Shown one piece after another: positions 9,633-19,343 of a stretch of DNA of 58,188 nt. The position numbers and the translations under genes were made by a program. The notes under the pieces were generated by a model. It ran no database searches. It was given only the letters and a program-made list of their open reading frames with translations, and was not told the origin of the DNA. Numbering within the stretch: the first letter of the stretch is position 1; each line of letters begins with the position of its first letter. This DNA comes from an uncultured Dehalococcoidia bacterium (GTDB lineage Bacteria; Chloroflexota; Dehalococcoidia; Lucifugimonadales; CAJWER01). The DNA lies in contig CAYFFO010000009.1 of the NCBI GenBank assembly GCA_964342485.1, positions 516 through 58,703 of the forward strand, read 5' to 3'.

Positions 9633-9805
9633 TGAAACTTATTGACCGAACTATATTTAAAATTAAAAAATAAGTCAATATAGTTTGAGATTAGATTTCT
9701 GGAAAGTGGATATTGGTATTGTACAGATTGGGTAATTATAATATTTGCTATCGACTGCAGAGAAAGTAAAATATAAATGGAAAATATTACTTAGGGAGAC
9801 CGTAT

Positions 9806-10096
9806 ATGTATGGAACGATATTTAATTTAAGTGTAAAACCTGGACATGAAGACGAATTGCTATCGATATTGAATAGTCAAAATGTCCCTGATGGAGGTGT
9901 CGCTTGGTTGGTCTTAAAACCGGATGAAAATAAATCAGAATGGATAGGAGTAGCAGTATTCGAAAATAAAGAAAAATATGAATCGAATGCCAATCGATCT
10001 GAACAACATGAACAATTTCTTAGAATGATGGAACATTTAACATGCGAACCGACTTGGACAGATGGGGAATATATTATTAATCAAATCATCCAGTAA
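9806..10096 (+). CDS. Small dimeric alpha/beta-barrel (ABM-like) protein
   Basis: 96 aa with VKPG.EDEL and AVFENKEKY..NA..EQH pattern typical of ABM-fold proteins. GGAG RBS. Confidence 0.65.
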   Translation: MYGTIFNLSVKPGHEDELLSILNSQNVPDGGVAWLVLKPDENKSEWIGVAVFENKEKYESNANRSEQHEQFLRMMEHLTCEPTWTDGEYIINQIIQ

Positions 10097-10177
10097 ATAA
10101 TTTTATAGTCTGAAATTATTCAATCGTGTTTTATCAAAATATATCCGAATTCAATCAATGATATCAGAGGAGAGAGT

Positions 10178-10735
10178 ATGTCAATTACAGGTCTTTATTA
10201 TAGGACATCAAACATGGAGAAGAGAACCCATAAAAAAACACTAAACAGTATTCCATATTGGTTTATATCTTTTGGGTTGTCTCTCATGATACTAACTTTA
10301 TTGGCCTGTGGTGGAGGTGTTGAGACTGATTTAGTGATTCCTGAGAGTGAAAAAGAAGCAGCTGTAAATATAATGCTAGATAAATACAAAGCTGATCAAG
10401 AGGGTGGAGTTGTTGGAGCCAGTGTTACGCAAGAAGGTGGAACCCTGAACCTGATTATAATGATCAAGAGAATAACATATTTGGAAAATGTTAGAAGTAC
10501 AGCAAATCTGGATTGGTCAAATCAAGGGAGAAAATTAGGGACAGAATTTGTAAGACTTGTAAAAGATGGTGGCACTGATGATCCGACTGGGAGTGAAATA
10601 GGAAAAGGTCAGTTTAATTATACTATTGGAGTCTATTATCAGGATCCAGCTAATCCAAATAAAGTATATGCGAATCCAATAAGAAAGATTGTAGAAGGGA
10701 AAAAGAGCGCCAAATCCTCTAAAATAAAATGGTAA
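10178..10735 (+). CDS. Hypothetical lipoprotein (paralog of 5671-6180)
   Basis: Lipobox LLAC-GGG. Shares TQEG, GTD.PTG.EIGKG.FNY..GVYY.D..NP.K.Y.NPIRKIV.G.K....IKW with the first copy. Confidence 0.8.
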   Translation: MSITGLYYRTSNMEKRTHKKTLNSIPYWFISFGLSLMILTLLACGGGVETDLVIPESEKEAAVNIMLDKYKADQEGGVVGASVTQEGGTLNLIIMIKRITYLENVRSTANLDWSNQGRKLGTEFVRLVKDGGTDDPTGSEIGKGQFNYTIGVYYQDPANPNKVYANPIRKIVEGKKSAKSSKIKW

Positions 10736-10764
10736 GAATCCTAATATAACTTCGGGGTAGGACT

Positions 10765-12126
10765 TTGATAAAACTAGCTATCATTGGTTCAGGAAGTATG
10801 GTATTTACCCGACGAATAGTGACTGATCTACTTCTTGATAAAAATTTATCAGAGATGGAAATAGCTTTGATGGACATAGATCCTGAAAAGTTACGAGTTT
10901 CCCAGTTGATTGTAAATGCTTTAGCAAATCAAATAGGTGTTCAACCAACTATTACTACACATATTGATAGGAAATCAGCGTTAAAAAATGCTGATTTTGT
11001 TCAAACAACTTTCCAAATAGGTGGATTTGAACCTGCCACTAAAATTGATTTTGATATACCTAAGAAGTATGGATTAAAGCAAACTATTGCGGATACTTTA
11101 GGTATAGGCGGAATAATGCGGGGGCTTCGTACTATTCCGGTACTACTAGATGTAGCAAAAGATATCATGGAAATCTGTCCCCAGGCGATTTGGTTACAAT
11201 CTGTCAACCCTATGGCAATGAATATTATGGCTATATCAAAAAGATTTCCTGAAATAAATGTTGTAGGGTTATGCCACTCTGTACCTAACACCGCATTGAT
11301 GCTTTCAAATGATCTTGAAGAAAATTTTGAAGACATTGTTTTTCAATGTGCAGGAATTAACCATATGTCATTTTACTTAACGTTTGCCAAGAGATTGAAG
11401 GATGGCTCAACTATAGATCTGTATCCAAGACTAAAATTGATAGCAGAAGATATTGTTAACGGAACAAAAGTATCTTCCAGGTCTTTAGAGAAAACTAGTC
11501 ACGGCAAATTTTTATATGAAACAGTAAGATATGACATATTGATGAGGTTGGGTTATTTTGTTACAGAATCAAGTGAACATTTTTCAGAATATGTACCTTG
11601 GTATATCAAGAATAGCCAACCTGAATTGATTGATCAATTCCAGATACCAATTGATGATTATATTTATCGGTGTGAAAGTCAAAATGAAACATGGACAAAT
11701 CATGCAGAAAATCTAACTCATGAAAGCAGTCTTAAAATATCAGCATCAGATGAATATGTGAGTCAGATAATTAAATCGGTAGTTGCCAATAAAAAAATAC
11801 AAATTAACGGCAATGTTATCAATAATGGAGCCATTAATAATCTTCCAAATGACTGTTGCGTAGAGATACCTTGTGATATCGATAAAAGTGGAATTGTTTC
11901 ACAAAACATTGGTAACCTGCCGGTTCAATTAGCAGCATTAATTTCAACCAATGTTAATGTTCAGCAGCTGACTGTGGAAGCAGCACTAAATCATCGAAAA
12001 GAACATGTATATCATGCAGCGATGCTTGATCCACATACTGCTTCTGAACTGTCTATAAATCAAATATATAATATGGTTGACGAACTTATCGAAGAGCATG
12101 GCGACATGATACCCAGACTAAGTTAA
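10765..12126 (+). CDS. melA: NAD+/Mn2+-dependent alpha-galactosidase/alpha-glucosidase, glycoside hydrolase family 4
   Basis: IIGSGSMVF, QTIADTLGIGGIMRGLRTIP, NPM, GLCHS, AGINHM, TESSEHFSEY, AAMLDPHT. Confidence 0.9.
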   Translation: MIKLAIIGSGSMVFTRRIVTDLLLDKNLSEMEIALMDIDPEKLRVSQLIVNALANQIGVQPTITTHIDRKSALKNADFVQTTFQIGGFEPATKIDFDIPKKYGLKQTIADTLGIGGIMRGLRTIPVLLDVAKDIMEICPQAIWLQSVNPMAMNIMAISKRFPEINVVGLCHSVPNTALMLSNDLEENFEDIVFQCAGINHMSFYLTFAKRLKDGSTIDLYPRLKLIAEDIVNGTKVSSRSLEKTSHGKFLYETVRYDILMRLGYFVTESSEHFSEYVPWYIKNSQPELIDQFQIPIDDYIYRCESQNETWTNHAENLTHESSLKISASDEYVSQIIKSVVANKKIQINGNVINNGAINNLPNDCCVEIPCDIDKSGIVSQNIGNLPVQLAALISTNVNVQQLTVEAALNHRKEHVYHAAMLDPHTASELSINQIYNMVDELIEEHGDMIPRLS

Positions 12127-12163
12127 TTAAAGATAGATATTAGAACAAAGCCATCTGATGAAA

Positions 12164-12261
12164 TGGCGGGAGTGCGAGGGAGTCGAACCCACCACTCCGA
12201 CCGAAGGGCCGGAGCCAACGGATTTGAAGTCCGTAAGGCCCACCGGGACCCATCCACTCCC
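12164..12261 (-). tRNA. selC: tRNA-Sec (UCA anticodon)
   Basis: Reverse complement folds with 6-bp D-stem and 4-nt loop, anticodon loop CUUCAAA, 9-bp variable arm, UUCGACU T-loop and an encoded GCCA end. 98 nt. Confidence 0.95.
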
Positions 12262-12330
12262 ATAAAACCGATCTTTGCTTTGATTGATAATGCCCAAAAA
12301 AGGATATTTTTAAATACCTTGATTATCTGA

Positions 12331-12657
12331 TTATGAGATTGCTTTATCTATTCTGCCTTTTAGAGCTGCTTTTGGTAAAGCTCCGACTACTTGGTCAACA
12401 GGAGAGCCTCCATTGAAGATCAATAATGTTGGGATTCCCCTGACATTATAAGTTGAAGGTGTAGTTGGATTGGTGTCCACGTCTACTTTAGCAAACTTCA
12501 TTTTTCCTTCATATTCTCCTGCCAGTTCCTCGACAATAGGGGCGATCATTTTACATGGTCCACACCATTCTGCCCAAAAATCTACCAAAACAGGTATGTC
12601 TGAATCTAGTACTTCGGCCTGGAATGTATCGTCTGTAACTTCTAGAGTCTGTCCCAT
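12331..12657 (-). CDS. trxA: Thioredoxin
   Basis: DFWAEWCGPCKMIAP, cis-Pro GIPTL. GGAG RBS before ATG 12657. Confidence 0.96.
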   Translation of the reverse strand: MGQTLEVTDDTFQAEVLDSDIPVLVDFWAEWCGPCKMIAPIVEELAGEYEGKMKFAKVDVDTNPTTPSTYNVRGIPTLLIFNGGSPVDQVVGALPKAALKGRIDKAIS

Positions 12658-12759
12658 TTTATTCTCCAATTATTGTTTTATAAACTGAGGGTTGTTTTAG
12701 TTGGTTTATCCGATGTTTTATCGGAGGTACCTAGTTATCAATTCTACATTAAGAATCGA

Positions 12760-13953
12760 TCATAAAGCTACAGAAATAGAAGGCATTTCACGCAATTTGG
12801 CGACAAGATTAACAAGGGTATCCAGAAAATAATCGATATCCTTTTGTGAATTATCAAGGCCAAGAGTGATTCTCAAACTACCTCTAGCCAACTCAGGTGT
12901 TCGTCCAATAGCGGTTAAAACATGCGATGGTTCGAGTGAAACAGAAGAACAGGCACTTCCGCTTGAAGCTGATATTCCTGCCAGGTCAAGTCCAAGCAGG
13001 ATGGGTTCTCCTTCAACTAGTTCGAAAGAGAAGCTTGCGTTATTTGACAACCTTGAAGTGGGATGGCCATTCAAATGCGATTTTGGTATACGGCTGGTAA
13101 CGTTATCAATTATATGATCTCTTAGGGCTCTACAGTGTTTGGTAAAGGGTATCGATTCTAACTGTGATAGACGCAAAGCTTCCGAGAATCCAACAATTAA
13201 CGGAACATTTTCGGTTCCCGATCTCCGTTCTCTTTCCTGCCCACCTCCATGGATTTGAGTTTCAAAAGGAGTCCCTCTTTTTATATATAGAGCTCCTATT
13301 CCTTTAGGGCCATTAAGCTTGTGACCAGATAGGCTTAGCATATCAACCCCAAGTTTTGTGACATCTAAATCAATTGATCCGGCTGCTTGAACTGCATCGC
13401 TATGCATAACGATCTCTATATCATGTCGTCTAGCCTGATTCTTAACAATTTTTGAGATTTCAGAAATTGGTTGCACGGTCCCGATCTCGTTATTCGCTAA
13501 CATAACGCTAACCAATGTAGTGGCAGGAGTAATGCTTCTACCAACATCATCTGGATTAACTAGTCCTTCACTATCAACAGGTATATAGGTTATTTCAAAT
13601 CCCTGTCTTTTCAATTGTTCACAAGAATTGAGGACCGCGTGATGTTCAATACTAGATACGATAATATGGTTGCCCCTGTCTTGCTGTGATAAAGCTGCTC
13701 CCTTTATCGCAGCGTTATCGGATTCGGTACCTCCACTGGTGAAAACGATTGATCCTACACGGCCACCTATAGATCTAGCAACTGATTCACGAGAGTTATC
13801 TACAGCTTTTTGTGCTTCTTGGGCCAAGGTGTAAATACTTGAAGGATTTCCATATATATTAGAGAAATATGGCAGCATAGTTTCAAGTACTTCTGGTCTT
13901 ACAGAGGTTGTAGCTGCATGATCTAAATAAATTAGTTTGTCTGTTTGGTCCAT
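12760..13953 (-). CDS. iscS: Cysteine desulfurase, IscS/NifS (group I)
   Basis: [20 protein letters not shown]-lysine, SSGSACS catalytic Cys loop. Confidence 0.93.
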   Translation of the reverse strand: MDQTDKLIYLDHAATTSVRPEVLETMLPYFSNIYGNPSSIYTLAQEAQKAVDNSRESVARSIGGRVGSIVFTSGGTESDNAAIKGAALSQQDRGNHIIVSSIEHHAVLNSCEQLKRQGFEITYIPVDSEGLVNPDDVGRSITPATTLVSVMLANNEIGTVQPISEISKIVKNQARRHDIEIVMHSDAVQAAGSIDLDVTKLGVDMLSLSGHKLNGPKGIGALYIKRGTPFETQIHGGGQERERRSGTENVPLIVGFSEALRLSQLESIPFTKHCRALRDHIIDNVTSRIPKSHLNGHPTSRLSNNASFSFELVEGEPILLGLDLAGISASSGSACSSVSLEPSHVLTAIGRTPELARGSLRITLGLDNSQKDIDYFLDTLVNLVAKLREMPSISVAL

Positions 13954-14019
13954 CGTTATATGTTCATTTAATTATCAATTTGGATTGAATGAGAAGGTGT
14001 TCTAAACATCAATTATTTA

Positions 14020-15237
14020 CTAGACGGTTTTTATTGGCAATTTACTTCCAACAAACTGCTGACTTGCTTCTTGTTGAATAGTTTTCATAACATCCAATAG
14101 AGGGTACCCGTTTTCAATTGCAATTTTACGGCAATCTTCAAATTCTGGCGATATACTTAACACCGCTCCATCCAGAAGTTTTGCCTTTACACGAACATGA
14201 CCTAGTGATGATGTAATACTATGGATGGATCGATCTGATTCATACCTGTCTACTTCTTTTACTCTAACTCCTAACGTAGTAGTTTCTCTAAGTATCATTG
14301 TAATGATTTTCCGTTCGATATCAGCTGAGGCTAGAACACTTAGGACTATCCCTGGACGACCTTTTTTCATGTTTACCGGTGTCGTCCATACATCCCGGCA
14401 TCCAAGTTCCAATAATTGTTCACAGACGTATGGAATGATTTCATGATTCATATCGTCAATATTGGTTTCGATTAGTTTGAGTTTTGTTATGGTATTGCTA
14501 GCAGTCTTGTGACCAATTCTCAGTTCAATGATATTTGGATATTCACTGGGGTTACGTGAACCTAGGCCATAACCGATGTTATTGATTGTCATTGCAGGCT
14601 GGTCAAATGTCGCTGTTATTGCGACTATAGCAGTTCCAGTTGGAGTTATCATTTCTCCCGTTTGGGACAAGTTTTTTGGTGGAGGTGTTGTAGGTATATT
14701 AGTGTTTTTAATTATCATTGCTGAAGCTGGAGCCGGGGCAATGATAGGTCCATGATGGCTTTGAAAGGTTCCAGATCCTGTAGGTAATGGTGAGCAGTAC
14801 AACTCTTCAATGCCAAGTATATCTAAACCTGCGATACTCCCAACAATATCAACTAGAGTATCTGCAGTTCCTAGTTCATGTAAATCGGCCCTTTCATTGC
14901 CATGGATTCTTTTTTCAGCCAAACCTATTTCTTCAATTACTTTTTTGGACTTTAAAACTATGGAATCGGGTATCGATGAATTTTCAAGTAAATTGATTAG
15001 AGTGTCGACATTTCTATAATTCTTGGGATTTTTCCCGAGGTTCACTTTAACCAGTGTTCCTTCAATTCCACCTCTTTTCGATTTTTCGCACGATAAATTG
15101 AAGTTTTCAATCGGTAGTAATGAAATGATAGACCTTAGTTCTTCTATTTTTACACCGGCATCTATCAGTGCACCGAGAAACATGTCTCCGCTTATTCCAC
15201 CAATACACTGTAAATAACCTATTTTTATCGATTGCAA
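14020..15237 (-). CDS. larC: Nickel-pincer cofactor biosynthesis protein LarC (nickel insertase)
   Basis: GISGDMFLGAL, HELG..DTLVDIVG, TPTG, ETNIDD, MKKGRPG, ETTTLGVR, PEFEDC. TTG start. Confidence 0.92.
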   Translation of the reverse strand: MQSIKIGYLQCIGGISGDMFLGALIDAGVKIEELRSIISLLPIENFNLSCEKSKRGGIEGTLVKVNLGKNPKNYRNVDTLINLLENSSIPDSIVLKSKKVIEEIGLAEKRIHGNERADLHELGTADTLVDIVGSIAGLDILGIEELYCSPLPTGSGTFQSHHGPIIAPAPASAMIIKNTNIPTTPPPKNLSQTGEMITPTGTAIVAITATFDQPAMTINNIGYGLGSRNPSEYPNIIELRIGHKTASNTITKLKLIETNIDDMNHEIIPYVCEQLLELGCRDVWTTPVNMKKGRPGIVLSVLASADIERKIITMILRETTTLGVRVKEVDRYESDRSIHSITSSLGHVRVKAKLLDGAVLSISPEFEDCRKIAIENGYPLLDVMKTIQQEASQQFVGSKLPIKTV

Positions 15238-15271
15238 TTTAATTTATCCTACTCAAATACAAATTTGTGAA

Positions 15272-16657
15272 TTAATTATTAATCCTTGTGCTAGTAAGTG
15301 CATATTTTATCGCTTCATTTAATGTAGATATACCCTTACCATACTGTGATTTGTCAATTTGCTTGATGTGGGTTCCATTATTTGGAACTAAAGATTGGTA
15401 CAATCCCAAACGATTTGCTTCATAAATACGCCTGTCTAATTGAGGTATCCTACGAATATCTCCTGTTAAAGCAATTTCTCCTATGGCCATGAGTTGTGAA
15501 GAAAGGGATATATCTTTAATACTTGAAGCTATAGCAATTGCTATACCTAGATCGGCGGCTGGTTCAGTTAGTTTAAAGCCTCCAGTAACGCTGACAACAA
15601 TATCCTGGTTTGAAATAGGAATGTTTGTTCTTCGACTTATCACAGCACAAATTTGAAGAAGTCTGTTGTTATCTATACCTGTAGATACTCGTCTAGGTAT
15701 CGGTAAAACTGAAGGATTGGTTAGAGCTTGTACTTCCAGTAATAGTGGTCTCGTTCCTTCTATTGTTGATATTACTATGCTACCCACATTACTTTCTCCA
15801 CGTTCAGAGATAAGAACACTTGAGGGATCGGAAATATCAGTAAGACCTTCGTTCGTCATATCGAAGACTCCGATCTCGTTTGTAGAGCCAAATCGATTTT
15901 TAATAGATCTTAGTAATCTCCATGAGTTAATTGGATCGCCTTCAATATGCAATACCACGTCAACCATATGTTCTAAAATTCTTGGCCCGGCTATACTCCC
16001 GTCTTTTGTTACATGTCCAGAAATTATAACTGGCACATCTTTGGTTTTAGCCCACTCAAGTAAAATTCGTGTGCATTCTCGGATTTGATTGACGCTACCG
16101 GCTGTAGAGTTGTCTTCATTAGATAGTAGTGTTTGAATGGAATCAACTATGACTAAGTTTGGTGTAATATCGTCTATTTTGTCAATCACTTCATCCAAAT
16201 AAGTTGATTGGTAGACAAATAATCCTTTACCAGATAATCGTAATCGATTGGACCGTAGCTTCAATTGTGCAACTGATTCTTCACCAGTGATATAGATCGT
16301 GGGTGAAGACATTTCAGACACGTGGTTAGCTATTTGTAATAGGAGGGTAGACTTACCTATACCAGGATCACCAGCTAGTAAAATCATAGAACCTGGGACA
16401 GCACCACCACCAAGAACCCTGTCGACTTCCTCTGATCCAGTGTAAATGCGCTTTGTTTCATCAGATAGGGCTTTTTCAAGTTCTACGGGAGGTGAAGAAG
16501 ATCCAGTCCAGTGGCGGCCATATTTGTTAGAAGCCCCTTGCTTTTCTTCAACGATAGTATTCCATTCGTTACATGAAGGACATCTTCCTTCCCATTTTGC
16601 AGTTTCATTACCGCAATCCTTACAGTAAAAGTTTGTTTTAGACTTTGCTTTGGGCAT
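15272..16657 (-). CDS. radA: DNA repair protein RadA/Sms
   Basis: C4 zinc finger CKDCG...CPSC, GDPGIGKSTLLLQ, KNRFG motif, Lon-like C-terminal domain. Confidence 0.97.
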   Translation of the reverse strand: MPKAKSKTNFYCKDCGNETAKWEGRCPSCNEWNTIVEEKQGASNKYGRHWTGSSSPPVELEKALSDETKRIYTGSEEVDRVLGGGAVPGSMILLAGDPGIGKSTLLLQIANHVSEMSSPTIYITGEESVAQLKLRSNRLRLSGKGLFVYQSTYLDEVIDKIDDITPNLVIVDSIQTLLSNEDNSTAGSVNQIRECTRILLEWAKTKDVPVIISGHVTKDGSIAGPRILEHMVDVVLHIEGDPINSWRLLRSIKNRFGSTNEIGVFDMTNEGLTDISDPSSVLISERGESNVGSIVISTIEGTRPLLLEVQALTNPSVLPIPRRVSTGIDNNRLLQICAVISRRTNIPISNQDIVVSVTGGFKLTEPAADLGIAIAIASSIKDISLSSQLMAIGEIALTGDIRRIPQLDRRIYEANRLGLYQSLVPNNGTHIKQIDKSQYGKGISTLNEAIKYALTSTRINN

Positions 16658-16819
16658 TATTGATAGTAGTTTGGAAGAATCCGTATGCGATTTACATGTA
16701 GTAACGAAATAATTAAACGATCTTATAGCTTAAGATTAATATTTTTGCAAAATCTCTATTTACAGATAAGTAATCTGTACACAGGTGCTTCGATTATATA
16801 CTCTGTATTTTATCGAACT

Positions 16820-19300
16820 TTAAGCGGAACTTACGGTGACTGGAGATTGCGACTCAATTGTAATTTCGTCGTCATCGTTTATATCAACAAAAGCTGTGTC
16901 ACCTGGATTGAGAGTTCCACCTAAAATAGCATCAGATAATTTGTCTTCAATCGTGTCTTGAATAAGTCTTCGAACTGGTCTTGCCCCAAACAGTGGATCA
17001 TATCCATTTGTAGTTAACCAATCTTTAGCCGAATCCGAGATTTCAAAATTGATTCCTTTTTCAATCAATTCACCTGAGACTTCTTGAAGTCGCAGATCAA
17101 CGATTTGGTTCATATGTTCTTTGCTAAGAGCATGAAATACGACTGTTCCATCAATCCTATTGAGGAATTCTGGTTTAAAAAACCGCTTAATTTCTTCAAG
17201 CACATTGCTTTTCATGCGTTCATAATCAGCTGCTTTATCATTGTCAGTACTTTTAGTAAAGCCTAGAGTCCTGTCCTGACGAATTAAATCAGAACCAATA
17301 TTGCTAGTCATGACTACTATTGCGTTTCTGAAATCGACTTTTCTACCCTTGGCATCAGTGAGATGCCCATCGTCAAATATTTGAAGCAGTATATTGAAAA
17401 CTTCCTGATGTGCCTTTTCTATTTCATCTAGAAGGATAACGCAATAAGATTTTCGTCTAACTGCTTCAGTTAACTGACCGCCTTCGTCGTATCCAATATA
17501 CCCGGGAGGCGCTCCCATTAGTCGAGCAACCGAATGGCGTTCCATAAATTCTGACATGTCTATCCTAACTACGGCATCTTCGCTTCCAAACATGAATTCC
17601 GCTAGTTTCTGTACAAGATAAGTTTTACCAACACCAGTAGGACCAGAAAAAATGAAGGTGCCAACTGGACGTTTAACGTTTTTTAGTCCAGCTCTAGCAC
17701 GCCTTACAGCTTTGGACACTAGTGATATAGCTTCATCTTGGCCCACAACACCTTCGTGAAGAACTTCCTCCATCTTAATAAGTCTTTCTGTTTCTGTTTC
17801 GGTTAATCTAGTAACCGGTATCCCTGTCCACATAGCTACTACTTCTGCAATATGTTCAGGGGTTACTACCGCATTCGATTTATCAAGGTCATCTTTCCAT
17901 TCTTTTTCGAGTTCTAGCAGTTTTTCAGATAGCTTAGATTCACGATCTCGTAACTCAGCTGCTTCCTCGTATTGACGACTCGAAATTGCTTCGTCTTTTT
18001 CTTGTCTTAGGTTTTCTAGCTTTTGTGAAGTTTCGTTCACTGATTTAGGAGCTGTGCTGAAACCTATGCGTACTTTGGAAGATGCCTCATCAATTAAATC
18101 TATCGCTTTGTCAGGTAAGAACCTGTCGGGGATATACCTTGTAGCTAGTGCAGCAGCTGCCTGGATCGCTTCATCGGTAATTTCTAGTTCATGATGTTCT
18201 TCATATCGTTTCTTTATACCACGTAATATTTCGGTGGTTTCTTCAGTTGATGGCTCTTTGACATTAACTGGTTGAAACCTCCTTTCAAGAGCAGGGTCTC
18301 TTTCAATATATTTTCGGTAATCATCAAGCGTGGTTGCACCGATACACTGCAATTCCCCTCTTGCGAGAGATGGTTTCAGTATGTTCGCTGCATCAACTGC
18401 TCCTTCAGCAGCTCCTGCTCCAACCATGGTATGTATTTCATCAATGAATAGCACGCAATCACGGCTAGCACGAATCTCGTCTACAACCTTTTTGAGTCGT
18501 TCTTCAAACTCTCCTCTATATTTGGTTCCTGCTACTAAGGCTCCCATATCCAATGTAACTAATCTTTTTCCTTGAAGGGTGGTGGGGATATCACCTCTAG
18601 ATATTTTTTGAGCAAGCCCTTCTACAATAGCTGTTTTACCAACTCCAGGTTCACCAATAAGGATAGGATTGTTTTTGGTACGACGGCTGAGAATTTGTGT
18701 AACTCTTTGGATTTCTTCCGACCTTCCAACTGTCGGATCTAGTTTGCCTTGTCTGGCTGCAGTAGTAAGATCAATGCCAAGTTGATCCAAAGTAGGAGTA
18801 TTGGTTTGTGACCTACCACCTGGGGTCGATTGTGTTTGAGATTGATTTTCATTTTGAGTAAGTAATCTTTCGGTCTCAGATCTCACTTTATCAAGTGTGA
18901 TTTGCAGGCTGTTTAATACTCCAGCGGCTACTCCGTCACCTTCTCTTAGCAGTCCGATCAGCAGATGTTCGGTACCAATATAATGATGGTTCATTCTTCG
19001 AGCTTCATCGACGGCCAATTCGACCACTTTTTTTGTTCTTGGTGTTAGTCCCTTTTCAGTTGTAGTCGGTTGATCACCGCGACCAATGATAAATTCGACT
19101 GCAGAGGTAACTTTACTTAGTTCTATACCTAAATTTGTTAAAACTTTTGCAGCAATGCCTTCTGTTTCACGTGCTAGTCCAAGTAATATATGTTCTGTAC
19201 TAATATAGCTATGATTAAATCGTTGTGCTTCTTCATTTGCAAGTGAAAGGACACGGCGCGCTCTCTCAGAGAATTTTTCGAACCTGCTGCTGCTGGTCAT
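16820..19300 (-). CDS. clpC: ATP-dependent Clp protease ATP-binding subunit ClpC
   Basis: Two Clp-N repeats, two AAA+ modules ([16 protein letters not shown]), UVR-type short M domain, LGF ClpP-docking loop. Confidence 0.96.
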   Translation of the reverse strand: MTSSSRFEKFSERARRVLSLANEEAQRFNHSYISTEHILLGLARETEGIAAKVLTNLGIELSKVTSAVEFIIGRGDQPTTTEKGLTPRTKKVVELAVDEARRMNHHYIGTEHLLIGLLREGDGVAAGVLNSLQITLDKVRSETERLLTQNENQSQTQSTPGGRSQTNTPTLDQLGIDLTTAARQGKLDPTVGRSEEIQRVTQILSRRTKNNPILIGEPGVGKTAIVEGLAQKISRGDIPTTLQGKRLVTLDMGALVAGTKYRGEFEERLKKVVDEIRASRDCVLFIDEIHTMVGAGAAEGAVDAANILKPSLARGELQCIGATTLDDYRKYIERDPALERRFQPVNVKEPSTEETTEILRGIKKRYEEHHELEITDEAIQAAAALATRYIPDRFLPDKAIDLIDEASSKVRIGFSTAPKSVNETSQKLENLRQEKDEAISSRQYEEAAELRDRESKLSEKLLELEKEWKDDLDKSNAVVTPEHIAEVVAMWTGIPVTRLTETETERLIKMEEVLHEGVVGQDEAISLVSKAVRRARAGLKNVKRPVGTFIFSGPTGVGKTYLVQKLAEFMFGSEDAVVRIDMSEFMERHSVARLMGAPPGYIGYDEGGQLTEAVRRKSYCVILLDEIEKAHQEVFNILLQIFDDGHLTDAKGRKVDFRNAIVVMTSNIGSDLIRQDRTLGFTKSTDNDKAADYERMKSNVLEEIKRFFKPEFLNRIDGTVVFHALSKEHMNQIVDLRLQEVSGELIEKGINFEISDSAKDWLTTNGYDPLFGARPVRRLIQDTIEDKLSDAILGGTLNPGDTAFVDINDDDEITIESQSPVTVSSA

Positions 19301-19343
19301 AAACTATCTCCTATAGGTATAAGTTTTATCGGCTGTTTAGGCC

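Noticed and set aside
1-12261. Prophage, integrative element or defence island at selC
   Set aside because: No integrase, transposase, phage structural or defence genes, and no duplicated tRNA 3' end was seen in the window.
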